Origin: Eledone cirrhosa
Taxonomy: Eukaryota
Reading direction: 5' to 3'
Length of the DNA stretch: 64,000 bases
NCBI GenBank assembly: GCA_964016885.1
Contig: OZ024743.1
Coordinates: 244,218,001 to 244,282,000, forward strand
Shown piece after piece: positions 53,496 through 64,000 of the stretch (positions within the stretch are counted from its first letter, which is position 1; every line of letters begins with the position of its first letter). The notes under the pieces were generated by a model. The model ran no database searches. It saw only the letters and a list, made by a program, of their open reading frames with translations, and had not been told where the DNA came from. The translations under genes and the position numbers were made by a program.

Positions 53496-53586
53496 CACTA
53501 CTCCGGAGTAACCAAACCAACCTGCGCACTTCGTCGAGTGCTCCAACCTGTATACTGAGGTGTTGGTATACAACCAACATAAACTC

Positions 53587-53675
<89 letters not shown>

Positions 53676-53912
53676 TGTTTACGACTAGAGTGAAAGACAT
53701 ATAAAAATTCCCTATATATTAGATTAGAGCAAACATCACGAACGCTCTATCTCAAAATGATATTTGAAAAGCATTAGCAATGCGCAATCGGTAGAAACTT
53801 AAAACTAAAACTGAATACTAACCAATACTTATTACTAATTTATACTTATGCCTAATTAAAGTATTATTTTTCACTGGGAAAAATTTGTCAGCATTTTCTT
53901 TTCCTTTAACTA

Positions 53913-53944
<32 letters not shown>

Positions 53945-54148
53945 GTGTGTGTGTGTGTGTAAGCAGAAGGGATATTCAATTTGTTGGTAATTCAACAAAT
54001 ATAAATGTTTATAACTGATTCAGAGCACTCGACAAATTTTCTGGAGTATAATATTCAATGATATTAAATATATCATTGAATATATTTATATTACCGGGAA
54101 CAACGCGAGTCCTTTACTCCGATGATTCATTTAACATTATATATATAT

Positions 54149-54180
<32 letters not shown>

Positions 54181-54181
54181 G

Positions 54182-54306
54182 GAAAATGTTCAAGACCCCG
54201 ACGGCAGAGCTCAAGCCGTTTCGACGGCTTTTTCTGGACCTATTTTTGGTCCAGAAATAGCCGTCGAAACGGCTTGAGCTCTGCCGTCGGGGTCTTGAAC
54301 ATTTTC
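54182..54306. repeat. GC-rich fold-back palindrome (59-bp arms, 7-nt spacer) plus tail to 54390, within (TA)n
   Basis: GAAAATGTTCAAGACCCCGACGG...CCGTCGGGGTCTTGAACATTTTC with one mismatch. Confidence 0.95.
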
Positions 54307-54386
54307 TATTACCCACTCTACTACCCTAAGTACTGAGTACTCTGGTGTGTTATGGTCCACCGGGTTCCTTACCACACGTCCTTCGT

Positions 54387-54421
<35 letters not shown>

Positions 54422-54549
54422 GTGAGGTTCTTTTACAAAATGAAAAATAACCGAGGTGTCCTACACGAGTGAAAGTATAAAGAAAAAAAGATAAAATCGA
54501 AAATGCAACTGGAGTCTTATTTAAAAAAATATATATATATTTATTTAGT

Positions 54550-54589
54550 TCCTTTACCGGTTTCGCAGTTCTTCAGCTTTTCAAAAGTA
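54550..54589 (-). ncRNA. Hammerhead-like motif, U3-A8 variant with short stems (family of 2969-3202)
   Basis: Minus strand: CTT-TTGAAAA-GC..GC-GAA-ACCGGT-A-AAG. Confidence 0.5.
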
Positions 54590-55102
54590 GAGTTGAGAGA
54601 GACACATAGTATTTTGTACATATATATAAAGCATATACTATTTAGGAAACAGTATATACTTTAAGCTGGAAAAGTACTTATTACCTTCCTTACAGTCGCC
54701 GTTTCAAGGTTCATAGAAACGGAGTATAAAACGATCTATGCAATCGATCATCGATTACCAACTATCGGTTTTGGTATATCTCCGGAAGACGCTGAAGTAA
54801 TCGTCAGAGGAAATCGTCTTATTATAAGTTCCAATTAAATGCAAGATACTTTTATATGTGCCATGTTCTGAGAAGTAGTCAATCCATACCTCGTGGTGTG
54901 AATTACTTTTTAAAGTGACGGCAGATATAAATAGGACTGGACGACCCGTCCGCTAGAAAGAGGTGCAATGTACCAGTCACAGCACAAGCAGCTCGGCAAA
55001 TTAAGAATTTGGAGCAGATATATAATAATTTAGAACATCGAAACGTATATAATATATAATATGTATGATGAATATGTTTCTCAGCAGAAAAGCTCAATGG
55101 AC

Positions 55103-55221
<119 letters not shown>

Positions 55222-55801
55222 TGTGTATTTTTTTAAAATGTAGGAATCTCAGACAGAAAAATAAACTTTAACGACGATTGATTGCAAAAAATAATAGCTT
55301 AGAAATTTAAGTCAATTGCACTTAGGGACAGAATAGAGTGACTAGTCTAATGTTCTAAGCTAAAGGGCCATAGATTACGTCTAGATACATTGAATGGCTT
55401 TATTGAATGGCGTGAATGTAAGAAACAATTTCTTACACACTATCGAAGCGCTGGGTGATTTGAATTTTTTCTGGAAAATGTAGGAATCACAGGCGCATAA
55501 CAGTAACAATAGTCTTCTTCTTCTTCTTCTTCTTCTTAGCCCACTTATTTCTGGCAGGGTCGTGGGGGTAGTGTCCTTCAGCGCGCGAGCTCTGATATTA
55601 CGAACAGCGGTCAGAATGTTTCAGGAATGAAACGTTAGACAGATTTTAAGGGGCAAGATTAGACCACACATAAGATGGTTGGATGACATCCAACCATCAA
55701 TTAGAGGCAGTTTCTTCTGTAACAATGGTCGATTGCAATAAATTTGATTTTTTGCGTCTAGAAAAAATTAAAATCCCCCAGCGTTTCGATAATTTGTATG
55801 A

Positions 55802-55895
<94 letters not shown>

Positions 55896-56118
55896 CCCAC
55901 GCCCACAAGTATAGCTCTTTATACAAAACGTTTTTTTTTCCATTTTAGGTAGACGCGCTCCATCATCCACTTTTCTAAAAAAGTATATCATGCACAAAAC
56001 ACCAGACCAACAGTTTTCCAAGAGATGTCAACATGAATGGATCTGTTATTTTTATCTAAAGACATTTTTTCAAATTCCACCCCGACCGTCCCTTTAATCT
56101 ATCTAATTTCTCATTCTT

Positions 56119-56154
56119 TCTTCTGATGAAAGACTAGCGTCCGAAACGTTAAGA
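56119..56154 (+). ncRNA. Minimal hammerhead-like motif
   Basis: TCTT-CTGATGA-A-AGAC-TAGC-GTCC-GAA-ACGT-T-AAGA; the first stem II pair is mismatched. Confidence 0.6.
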
Positions 56155-56301
56155 CCCTCTTCCTGCTATTTCAAGCGATTACCTAATATATTCCTTCCAT
56201 ATACTGTACCGATTGTGTTGTTATTTATGTTTGCATTTTACACACACATATATATATATATACATATATACATATATATGTATATATATATGCATATATA
56301 T

Positions 56302-56344
<43 letters not shown>

Positions 56345-56718
56345 CAGGGGCAAAGGGTCCGTGCATGCAGTGCATGCGTTATAGAATCTTGAGTTGATCA
56401 ATTGCGTCGGTTGAAGCAAGCACAATTTTGGCTGCTTACTAAAACGTATAGACACAAAAAAAGATAACACACACATAAACACAAACACATACACATAAAC
56501 ACACGACAGCTTTGGGGCAAGCAGAATTTTGACTGCTTACTAAATCGTAGACATATAAAAAGATAACACACACACGCACACAAGATAACACTACATGCGG
56601 CTTTGACCTGGAGGGTCATTTAGAGGGAATTGGGGGCGCGGGTAAGGCTGCACAGTCTTACTTTCCGCCATGGCGATTGGACTGCATGCCCTGCTTTCCA
56701 GGTTACCCTTCGCCACTG
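56345..56718. mobile_element. hAT-type MITE with an internal duplication of about 100 bp
   Basis: TIRs CAGGGGCAAAGGGT and ACCCTTCGCCACTG; 8-bp flanks ACACATAT and ACAGATAT (7/8 match). Confidence 0.75.
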
Positions 56719-56720
56719 AC

Positions 56721-56796
<76 letters not shown>

Positions 56797-57139
56797 ATAC
56801 TTGGGAAGGGTCATATTGGTTGTAATAATATTACCAGAAATAATAACAGAACACACTCACTGTTTGGTTGGTTTTCGCTTCTGTATCTTTTATATCTCCA
56901 TAGTTAATTTATTTGGCAATCAATGTTTATCATTGACTGACCAACGGTTAAAAAATTCAGATATAAATATATATATAGTCTAACAAAGTTCTTTCGTTGC
57001 ACACCTGCAACATCATCAGTGCTCCTATTGTATTGTGTTGTAATGTTTACGCCATTTTTTATTTTTTTATTTATCTATTTTTGTCTCCGTCTCGGCGCAT
57101 GCGTTTGCGTGGGTGTATAATGTTTTTGTGTGTTTGTAA

Positions 57140-57170
<31 letters not shown>

Positions 57171-57351
57171 TGTATTATATAGTTGAAATGAACAAACAAA
57201 ACACAGGAGGCAATTGTACACAGTAGTGACTACTTGATAGTAGTTATGCAACCCCATATTATTAGTCACGATACTTTAGATCCATGTCACGTCTTCCTCA
57301 GAAACAATGAACTATTACCTTTATTTCTAACATATATAAAGAGGTTAAAAT

Positions 57352-57446
<95 letters not shown>

Positions 57447-57538
57447 CTAAAAGTTAAACAAGCTTCACTGATTAATCAATGAATATAGTTTTACAATAGA
57501 TTAGAAGCACTCAATAGTAAAAGTTTTCTGGAGTTATT

Positions 57539-57847
57539 AATATTAATAAATATAGACATTCACGTAATCAAAATATATTTTATTATATATATTTCGGAGG
57601 TACTGTGTTGTTTTCTCAGTACGTCCTCATCAGATAAAATATATAAATTGATGTATGACATACCTCAACTGTGCTGATGGTTCAATTCCAGTCTGGAATT
57701 GAACCATCAGCACAATTGAGGTATGTTAAATACATCAATTTATATATTTTATCTGATGAGGACGTACTGAGAAAACAACACTGTACCTCCGAAATATATA
57801 TAATAAAATATATTTTGATTACGTGAATGTCTATATTTATTAATATT
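57539..57847. repeat. Fold-back palindrome (about 153-bp arms, 1-nt spacer) with an HHR in each arm, between (TA)n tracts
   Basis: Centre TTCCAG-T-CTGGAA at 57692; the arms are complementary apart from a few mismatches. Confidence 0.95.
57742..57813 (+). ncRNA. Minimal type I hammerhead (mirror copy at about 57573-57643, minus strand)
   Basis: Stem I ATATTTTAT/ATAAAATAT; CTGATGA; stem II GGACGTAC/GTACCTCC; GAA; ATATATAT; cleavage after A57802. Confidence 0.82.
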
Positions 57848-57852
57848 TTGAA

Positions 57853-57913
<61 letters not shown>

Positions 57914-58222
57914 CATTAATGTGTGACTACCTTTGGAGGTGCATAGTATTGCGATAATTTTTAAATGTTTATTTCTGGCTTGAATTAATTGAGAAATAGT
58001 CAAGTTTTACCATTACAGTTTCTGATTTAGGCACAACACCAACAATTTGGGAAGAGAATGTCAATTAAATCGACCCCAGTGCATTACTGGTATTTTATTT
58101 TATCTCCGCAAGGATGAAAGGCAAAGCTAACCTCGGTGGAACTTTAACAATTATATGATATAATATAATGTGCAGGTGCGTGTGTGGATGAATAAATTAG
58201 GTGTATATATATATACCTAATT

Positions 58223-58352
<130 letters not shown>

Positions 58353-58789
58353 ATAAATTAGGTGTATATATATACCTAATGTATATATATATAAATAAAT
58401 TATACAATTATCAAAGTTGTGTTCAAATCATTTAATAGCTGACAATCGTTTCTTCCAAACTCTCGTTTGGAGTCATCGGAGCATTATCAATGTTTGCAGA
58501 TATAATTAACCTCCTATTCAACTGAACAATAATATTGATACATATAAATTGTTATTGTGAGCAACAGTTTCGTATTTACAGGGTGGAATGGATGTGACAT
58601 ATATTTTACGAGAATTGTACGATAATTGTACACACATTCAAGTTCAAATTCAAATTCAAATTCAAATTAAATTAAAATCAAAAGCACGGAGTGGAATACA
58701 TGCAACAGTTAAAACAAGGGAATAGTCCAAATATTAAAGAGGCATTAAGGAAGCAGTTTTGAGAAAGGAAGAATGCGATAACAGCAGTG

Positions 58790-59329
58790 TGATAATAGCA
58801 CTAATGAAATCAATAACAATACGAATGACAGGCATCATTACCCTAGTGCTACCCCTAGCAACCAGAATTCTTCACAACATAGGAACCGGCAAGCTAACAC
58901 CCAGAATAAATGTAACTGTAGAACTAATAGAACTTGCCCCTTAGGTAATAATTGCTTAACCAAAGACATCATCTACTCACGCACCGGCAACGCAAACAAC
59001 TCTTCTAAAACATATATAGGTTCTACTTCGAACAACTTCAAGACGAGATACAACTCGCACCTCCACTCTTTAAAAAAACACAATATAGCCAGCTCCACTT
59101 CTTTATCTAGCTATATACACTCTCTGAAAACTAGGAATAGACCATTTACACTGCAATGGGTAGGGCCTCATCGTATAAAGCACCGAATAAATTGTGTAAT
59201 CTCTGCCTTCTGGAAACCCATACTATAATCTTTTCGAAACTGGACCTCCTTAATAGAAAGGCAGAGACATTTTCCTCGTGCCAACACCGGTACCGACACT
59301 CGTTTCATAACTTTAAACCTAGCTGTTAG
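58790..59329 (+). pseudogene. GIY-YIG endonuclease domain of a PLE ORF, one frameshift near 59160; absent from the ORF track
   Basis: KCNCRTNRTCPLGNNCLTKDIIY...TYIGSTSNNFKTRYNSH...TSLSSYIHSLK...W / YKAPNKLCNLCLLE...LLNRKAETFSSCQHR. Confidence 0.88.
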
Positions 59330-60635
59330 TATACAACAATGTCAGATTTGAATTCCCCACCACCATTAACACTACACATCTAGGACTTAGCAACACCCAC
59401 AACCACAAACCCCTCTGCCAACTCTTCCGCTACACAACTCCTATTCATCTATAACCTTATGTTCTGCAATAACAGTTAGAATTAGACATAGAGTTACCAC
59501 CTTGTGATATAACTGCAATAGATTAATTATATCATATACAGTAATGGATATTTGGTACTTGGTATGTAGAGACATTTAATGTAATGTGTGATGATAAACT
59601 ATATGTGCATTTATAATTGTATAATTAAATGCTTAAATTACACAACATAATAATAATAAAGTATATATACACTTATAATTAAATATAAAATGTAATAGCA
59701 TTCTATATTAGGGATTATATTATTGCACATATGGCATATCTATTATGACGTATTAACAGCTGTATAATCCTTCATAACATATACCTTGTCCAGTAATGAA
59801 TAGATAACAATCTAAAGAAACCTTTAATGTATGATAGTAGAATACACTGTATTTAAAATCGGGCATAAATATACAGGGTTATGTAACAGAGATCCAATGG
59901 TATTACATTATATTGTGTATTAGAACAAAGAATTTTAATAACTGAATTGAACTTAATTAGCTAGTTACCTCCCCTTACACATTAGCTCCCCTTATTCACT
60001 TCCAGAAATTAATGATTGAAAATTTAACGGTTGATCAAATATAGTCTATGAATATGAATTCATTAAGATTAATATACAATCCATTGCTCTAACTAATTTA
60101 AAACACTCAATATAAACATTAACTAAAATTTAACTCAACATATGTCATGGAAAAGTCTGCAAAAACTGTATGTTTCTCAACACACATTAATTCGAACACC
60201 ATAAACATCCAACACCCACCATAGACTCTAATACATTAAGACAATTGCTCTAACTGCAGTATTTATTCATCTATATATGCATAATAGCTTTGCTTGTCTC
60301 CTTCTCATGTATATGACTTACGCAGTCACACTATCCACACGCCTGCATATGAATTGTTATCGCACTCTTCCTTTCTCAAAACTGCTTCCTCAATGCCTCT
60401 TTAATATTTGGACTATTCCCTTGTTTTAACTGTTGCATGTATTCCGTCCGTGCTTTTGATTTTAATTTAATTTGAATTTGAATTTGAACTTGAATGTGTG
60501 TACAATTATCGTACAATTCTCGTAAAATATATGTCACATACATTCCACCCTGTAAATACGAAACTGTTGCTCACAACATCAATTTATATGTATCTATATT
60601 ATTGGAGGTTAATTATATGTGCAAACATTGATAAT

Positions 60636-60678
60636 GCTCCGATGATTCCAAACGAGTTTGGAAGAAACGATTGTCAGC
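60636..60678 (+). ncRNA. pLTR hammerhead with a CCGAUGA core (mirror copy at 58438-58482, minus strand)
   Basis: GCT-CCGATGA-TTCCAAAC-GA-GTTTGGAA-GAA-ACGATTGT-C-AGC. Confidence 0.7.
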
Positions 60679-60861
60679 TATTAAATGATTTGAACACATC
60701 TTTGATAATTGTATAATTGTATAATTGTATTTATTTAACTGCTCTGTAAAACAACGGATGTTCATACATTGAGCTATTTCTCTTACTGGTAATAAGATAA
60801 TTAAGAAATTACTGACCTTCCTGTTTATAGTTGTATATACTATATGCATAACTATAAATAG

Positions 60862-60903
<42 letters not shown>

Positions 60904-60907
60904 TATA

Positions 60908-61720
60908 TACAAATATAATTTCAGCGAGATCGTATTTCGGCTGTGGTAAAAAACAAAGCGAAACGCAATTTTCGAGATATGCGTGCGGCAAGCGCTCAAT
61001 GGAGTAAAAAAAGACCAGATCAATTAACATACGTTATAGAGGCCATACAAACTGAAAACGGCGGTCATGAAGCTATCAGCCACCGGAGCCCCCCCAAAAA
61101 ACGAAGCAAGCTAAACAGGTTAAACAAAAGAATTTTCCTGGACCTCCTGGAAATTGATGGTATAATCAAGTGGGAGGTTTCTGTGACACCTAAATCAATT
61201 ATACTGCCTGCTTTCATTGTAAGCTTTTGGTATAACGATAGAACAAAGCTGCCATTTCGTCAACAGGTATTTTGTTCTCAACCGGCGAACGGGTTCCAAT
61301 GCATTAGTAGTGTTGGAGTGATTACCCCACGTGTTTACCCTGCTAGGGTGGTAACCCCGGTTTTGGCGGATGGATTCAGAATATGTAAAATTATTACAAG
61401 AATTGCAAAAAAGTGCACGAATCGAATTAAGATCCCGACCGGGTTGTTTTTAAATAAACTTAAGCAATTAATTAGTCAATAGAATTGTCCAATAGAATTA
61501 ACTAATTAATTGCTAGGCCCGGGATATTAATACAAATATAATTTCAGCGAGAAACGCAATTTTCGAGATATGCGACAAGCGCTCAATGGACTAAAAGAAG
61601 ACCAGAGCAATTAACATACGTTATAGAGGCCATACAAACTGACCGCCGTTTTCAGTTTATATATATATATATCAGCCACCGGAGCCAAAAAAACGAAGCA
61701 AGCTAAACAGGTTAAACAAA
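60908..61720. repeat. Unclassified repeat, about 623-bp unit plus a rearranged partial second copy
   Basis: TACAAATATAATTTCAGCGAGA at 60908 and 61531; shared through AAGCTAAACAGGTTAAACAAA. Confidence 0.85.
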
Positions 61721-61801
61721 TATATATATATACCTAATTTATATATAATCTATATATATGTATAATCTATATATAGAGAGATAGATAGATAGATAGATAG
61801 A

Positions 61802-62294
61802 TATATTTCTTTATTAGCCACAGGGGCACAAAAGAAGGGGACAAATACAAAGGGGGAAGTTTACATACAATAAAAACGTGTAAAATGTTATCACAGATGG
61901 AATTTAAAAGTTAGTCGATTTTCCCCAATAGAGGGAGACAGTTTATATGGGTAACACAGACCCCCGAAAAAAATGTGCAACCCTCATCTCCAGGAGTACG
62001 AAGAGCTTGTACTCCTTTCCTCTCCTCCTCCTTTTCCTCAACCTACAGGCTGATATAAAGAGAAGGCCCATTCACTCGGGCCATTCTCGCCACTTTCACC
62101 CACCTTTCATAAAACTTGCTGGGGTACAGCACCTCTCTCTCCATCCTGATTCTTCTTCCAAAGTGGTATTTGAAAAAAAGAATCAGTTGTTGGCCGGAGA
62201 GAAAGGTGTCTGACCTCAGCCCTTTCAACCTTGTCCACCATACAACCTCTTTCGCCATAGCTATCACACAAAGGAAAACCGCCTCTCCTTCGTT

Positions 62295-62295
<1 letters not shown>
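61802..62295 (-). mobile_element. Short 5'-truncated Tx1-clade LINE copy embedded in (GATA)n
   Basis: IAMAKEVVWWTRLKGLRSDTFLSG...YISL* is nearly identical to the end of the 24883-30656 ORF2. GATA arrays lie on both sides. Confidence 0.95.
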
Positions 62296-62327
<32 letters not shown>

Positions 62328-62501
62328 GCAGTTTTTATCTATACATGTAATTTACTCTCAAAGAAAAGAGAAGTCGATATCATAGATAATAGTTTTATTG
62401 CGAATGTTATTTTTAGTCACTTTAGATCATGTTATTCAAAGTTTCAAACTCAAAGGTAGCTCGTATTAAGAATTCTGATAGCGTTAGATCATCCGATATA
62501 T

Positions 62502-62807
<306 letters not shown>

Positions 62808-63698
62808 TATTATGTATATTTATGGACTTATACATTCTTCTGTAACTCGATCGAAGAGTTCTTACCTTTTGATATCAAAACGCCTTTGGTTTTAGTTAGT
62901 TTTAAAGTGTTTATATTTATCGGAAAACCTTCCATCATAATTTTATGCAAGAACCTTTATTGTGTTCCAAACACCTGCTTTATGATGACAAAATTAGTTA
63001 TATAATCATATTCTTGGTTATTTTAAAAGTTATTTGAAAATCCTAAGTAGTGAAATACAGTAGTAGAAAATCTTAAGTAGTAGAAATACAGCAACGAAAG
63101 ATTAAACCGACAATTTTTATTCCATTGCAAATATAAATATTTCTCCAGAGCAAATATAAATAAATATCACACAAGTTAACAAAATAAAAATAATATATTT
63201 TCTTTCCGTATGATTCTCTCAATTATTGTTTCGTGGTCTCTAAGGATATATTTGATATTTATTTACTGAAGGTACCTCCAAGACCAGCGTTCATATCAAT
63301 TAAAATCAATGAATGGACTAAGAAAAAACCCCCACAATATCTAGGATTGTTAAAATATTTAATTTTATTATTTCTATTTTGAATATAAGATACACTCCCA
63401 ATATCATTTAACGAAATCGACCTAAAACACAGCATGTCATAAACAGAAATAGTGTTTTTTAATATTTGTTACATAATACACCCAAGGGTGCTGTTGAAGT
63501 TGTACCAAATCACTCACTTGCCTGAAAATTTAAATAATCCTTCATAGGGATGAAATTTCTTGTATAGAATATTATTAACTTTTTAGGGGTGGGTGGGGAA
63601 TCGAAATTTCAAGTATTTTTCTATGTTACAGTGTATTGATTCCTATACTCATTAAATAATTCTGATATATATACATACATACATACATATATACATAC

Positions 63699-63731
<33 letters not shown>

Positions 63732-64000
63732 TGTATGTATGTATGTATGTATGTATGTATGTATGTATGTATGTATATAACTCACAGCTCAATTACTGAC
63801 TAGGTGTGACTTCATAAAAAGTATTTGATGGATATGTATTTGGTGGCACCACCCATGGGAGGATGTTTTAAAACTTAACACTGCAATCTAATGGAGTAAT
63901 CACAGAATATTTAGAGTTAGTCTCTATCTCAGTATCGTACCTATTTATAACATGATGTATTGCACCATTTGAGAGTTCAATTTGTCGCTTTGGGATAAGG

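Larger units (their letters stand above)
58398..60860 (+). mobile_element. 5'-truncated Penelope-like element (Naiad-type) with an inverted 5' pLTR
   Basis: 58398-58783 is the reverse complement of 60355-60727. Between them lie a GIY-YIG remnant and a long 3' UTR. Flanked by TA-rich microsatellites. Confidence 0.88.

Noticed and set aside
54925-54980. TATA-box promoter (TATAAATA)
   Set aside because: The motif is common in AT-rich DNA and no downstream gene is supported.
55885-56097. Kolobok-like transposon end (CCCT-TTAA)
   Set aside because: No matching opposite TIR was found in the window.

Overview
AT-rich, microsatellite-dense animal genomic DNA. The SINE repertoire and the (TA)n/(CA)n/(TACA)n load suggest an octopus-like cephalopod, which is an inference. 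I find no confidently intact host protein-coding gene; most ORFs in the track are translated simple repeats. The window is a nested transposon landscape. It holds a Chapaev3-type transposon end abutting a Helitron whose helicase motif has expanded into a 42/44-bp minisatellite, and one full-length plus two 5'-truncated Tx1-clade LINEs sitting at TATC/GATA sites. It also holds a 7.8-kb Buster-type hAT with a TSD, a small Helitron, CRE and RTE remnants, several MITEs, many tRNA-derived SINEs and a Penelope-like (Naiad-type GIY-YIG) 3' remnant. The most striking signal is about a dozen minimal type I hammerhead ribozyme (HHR) motifs with palindromic stem III, from several unrelated sequence families. 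They occur as one-per-unit tandem dimers (444 bp at 9.3-10.1 kb, 595 bp at 36.4-37.6 kb; retrozyme-like) and as (TA)n-flanked fold-back palindromes. Some carry a compensatory U3-A8 core variant. All calls are from reading the sequence by eye; no searches were run, and boundaries without TSD/TIR support are approximate.
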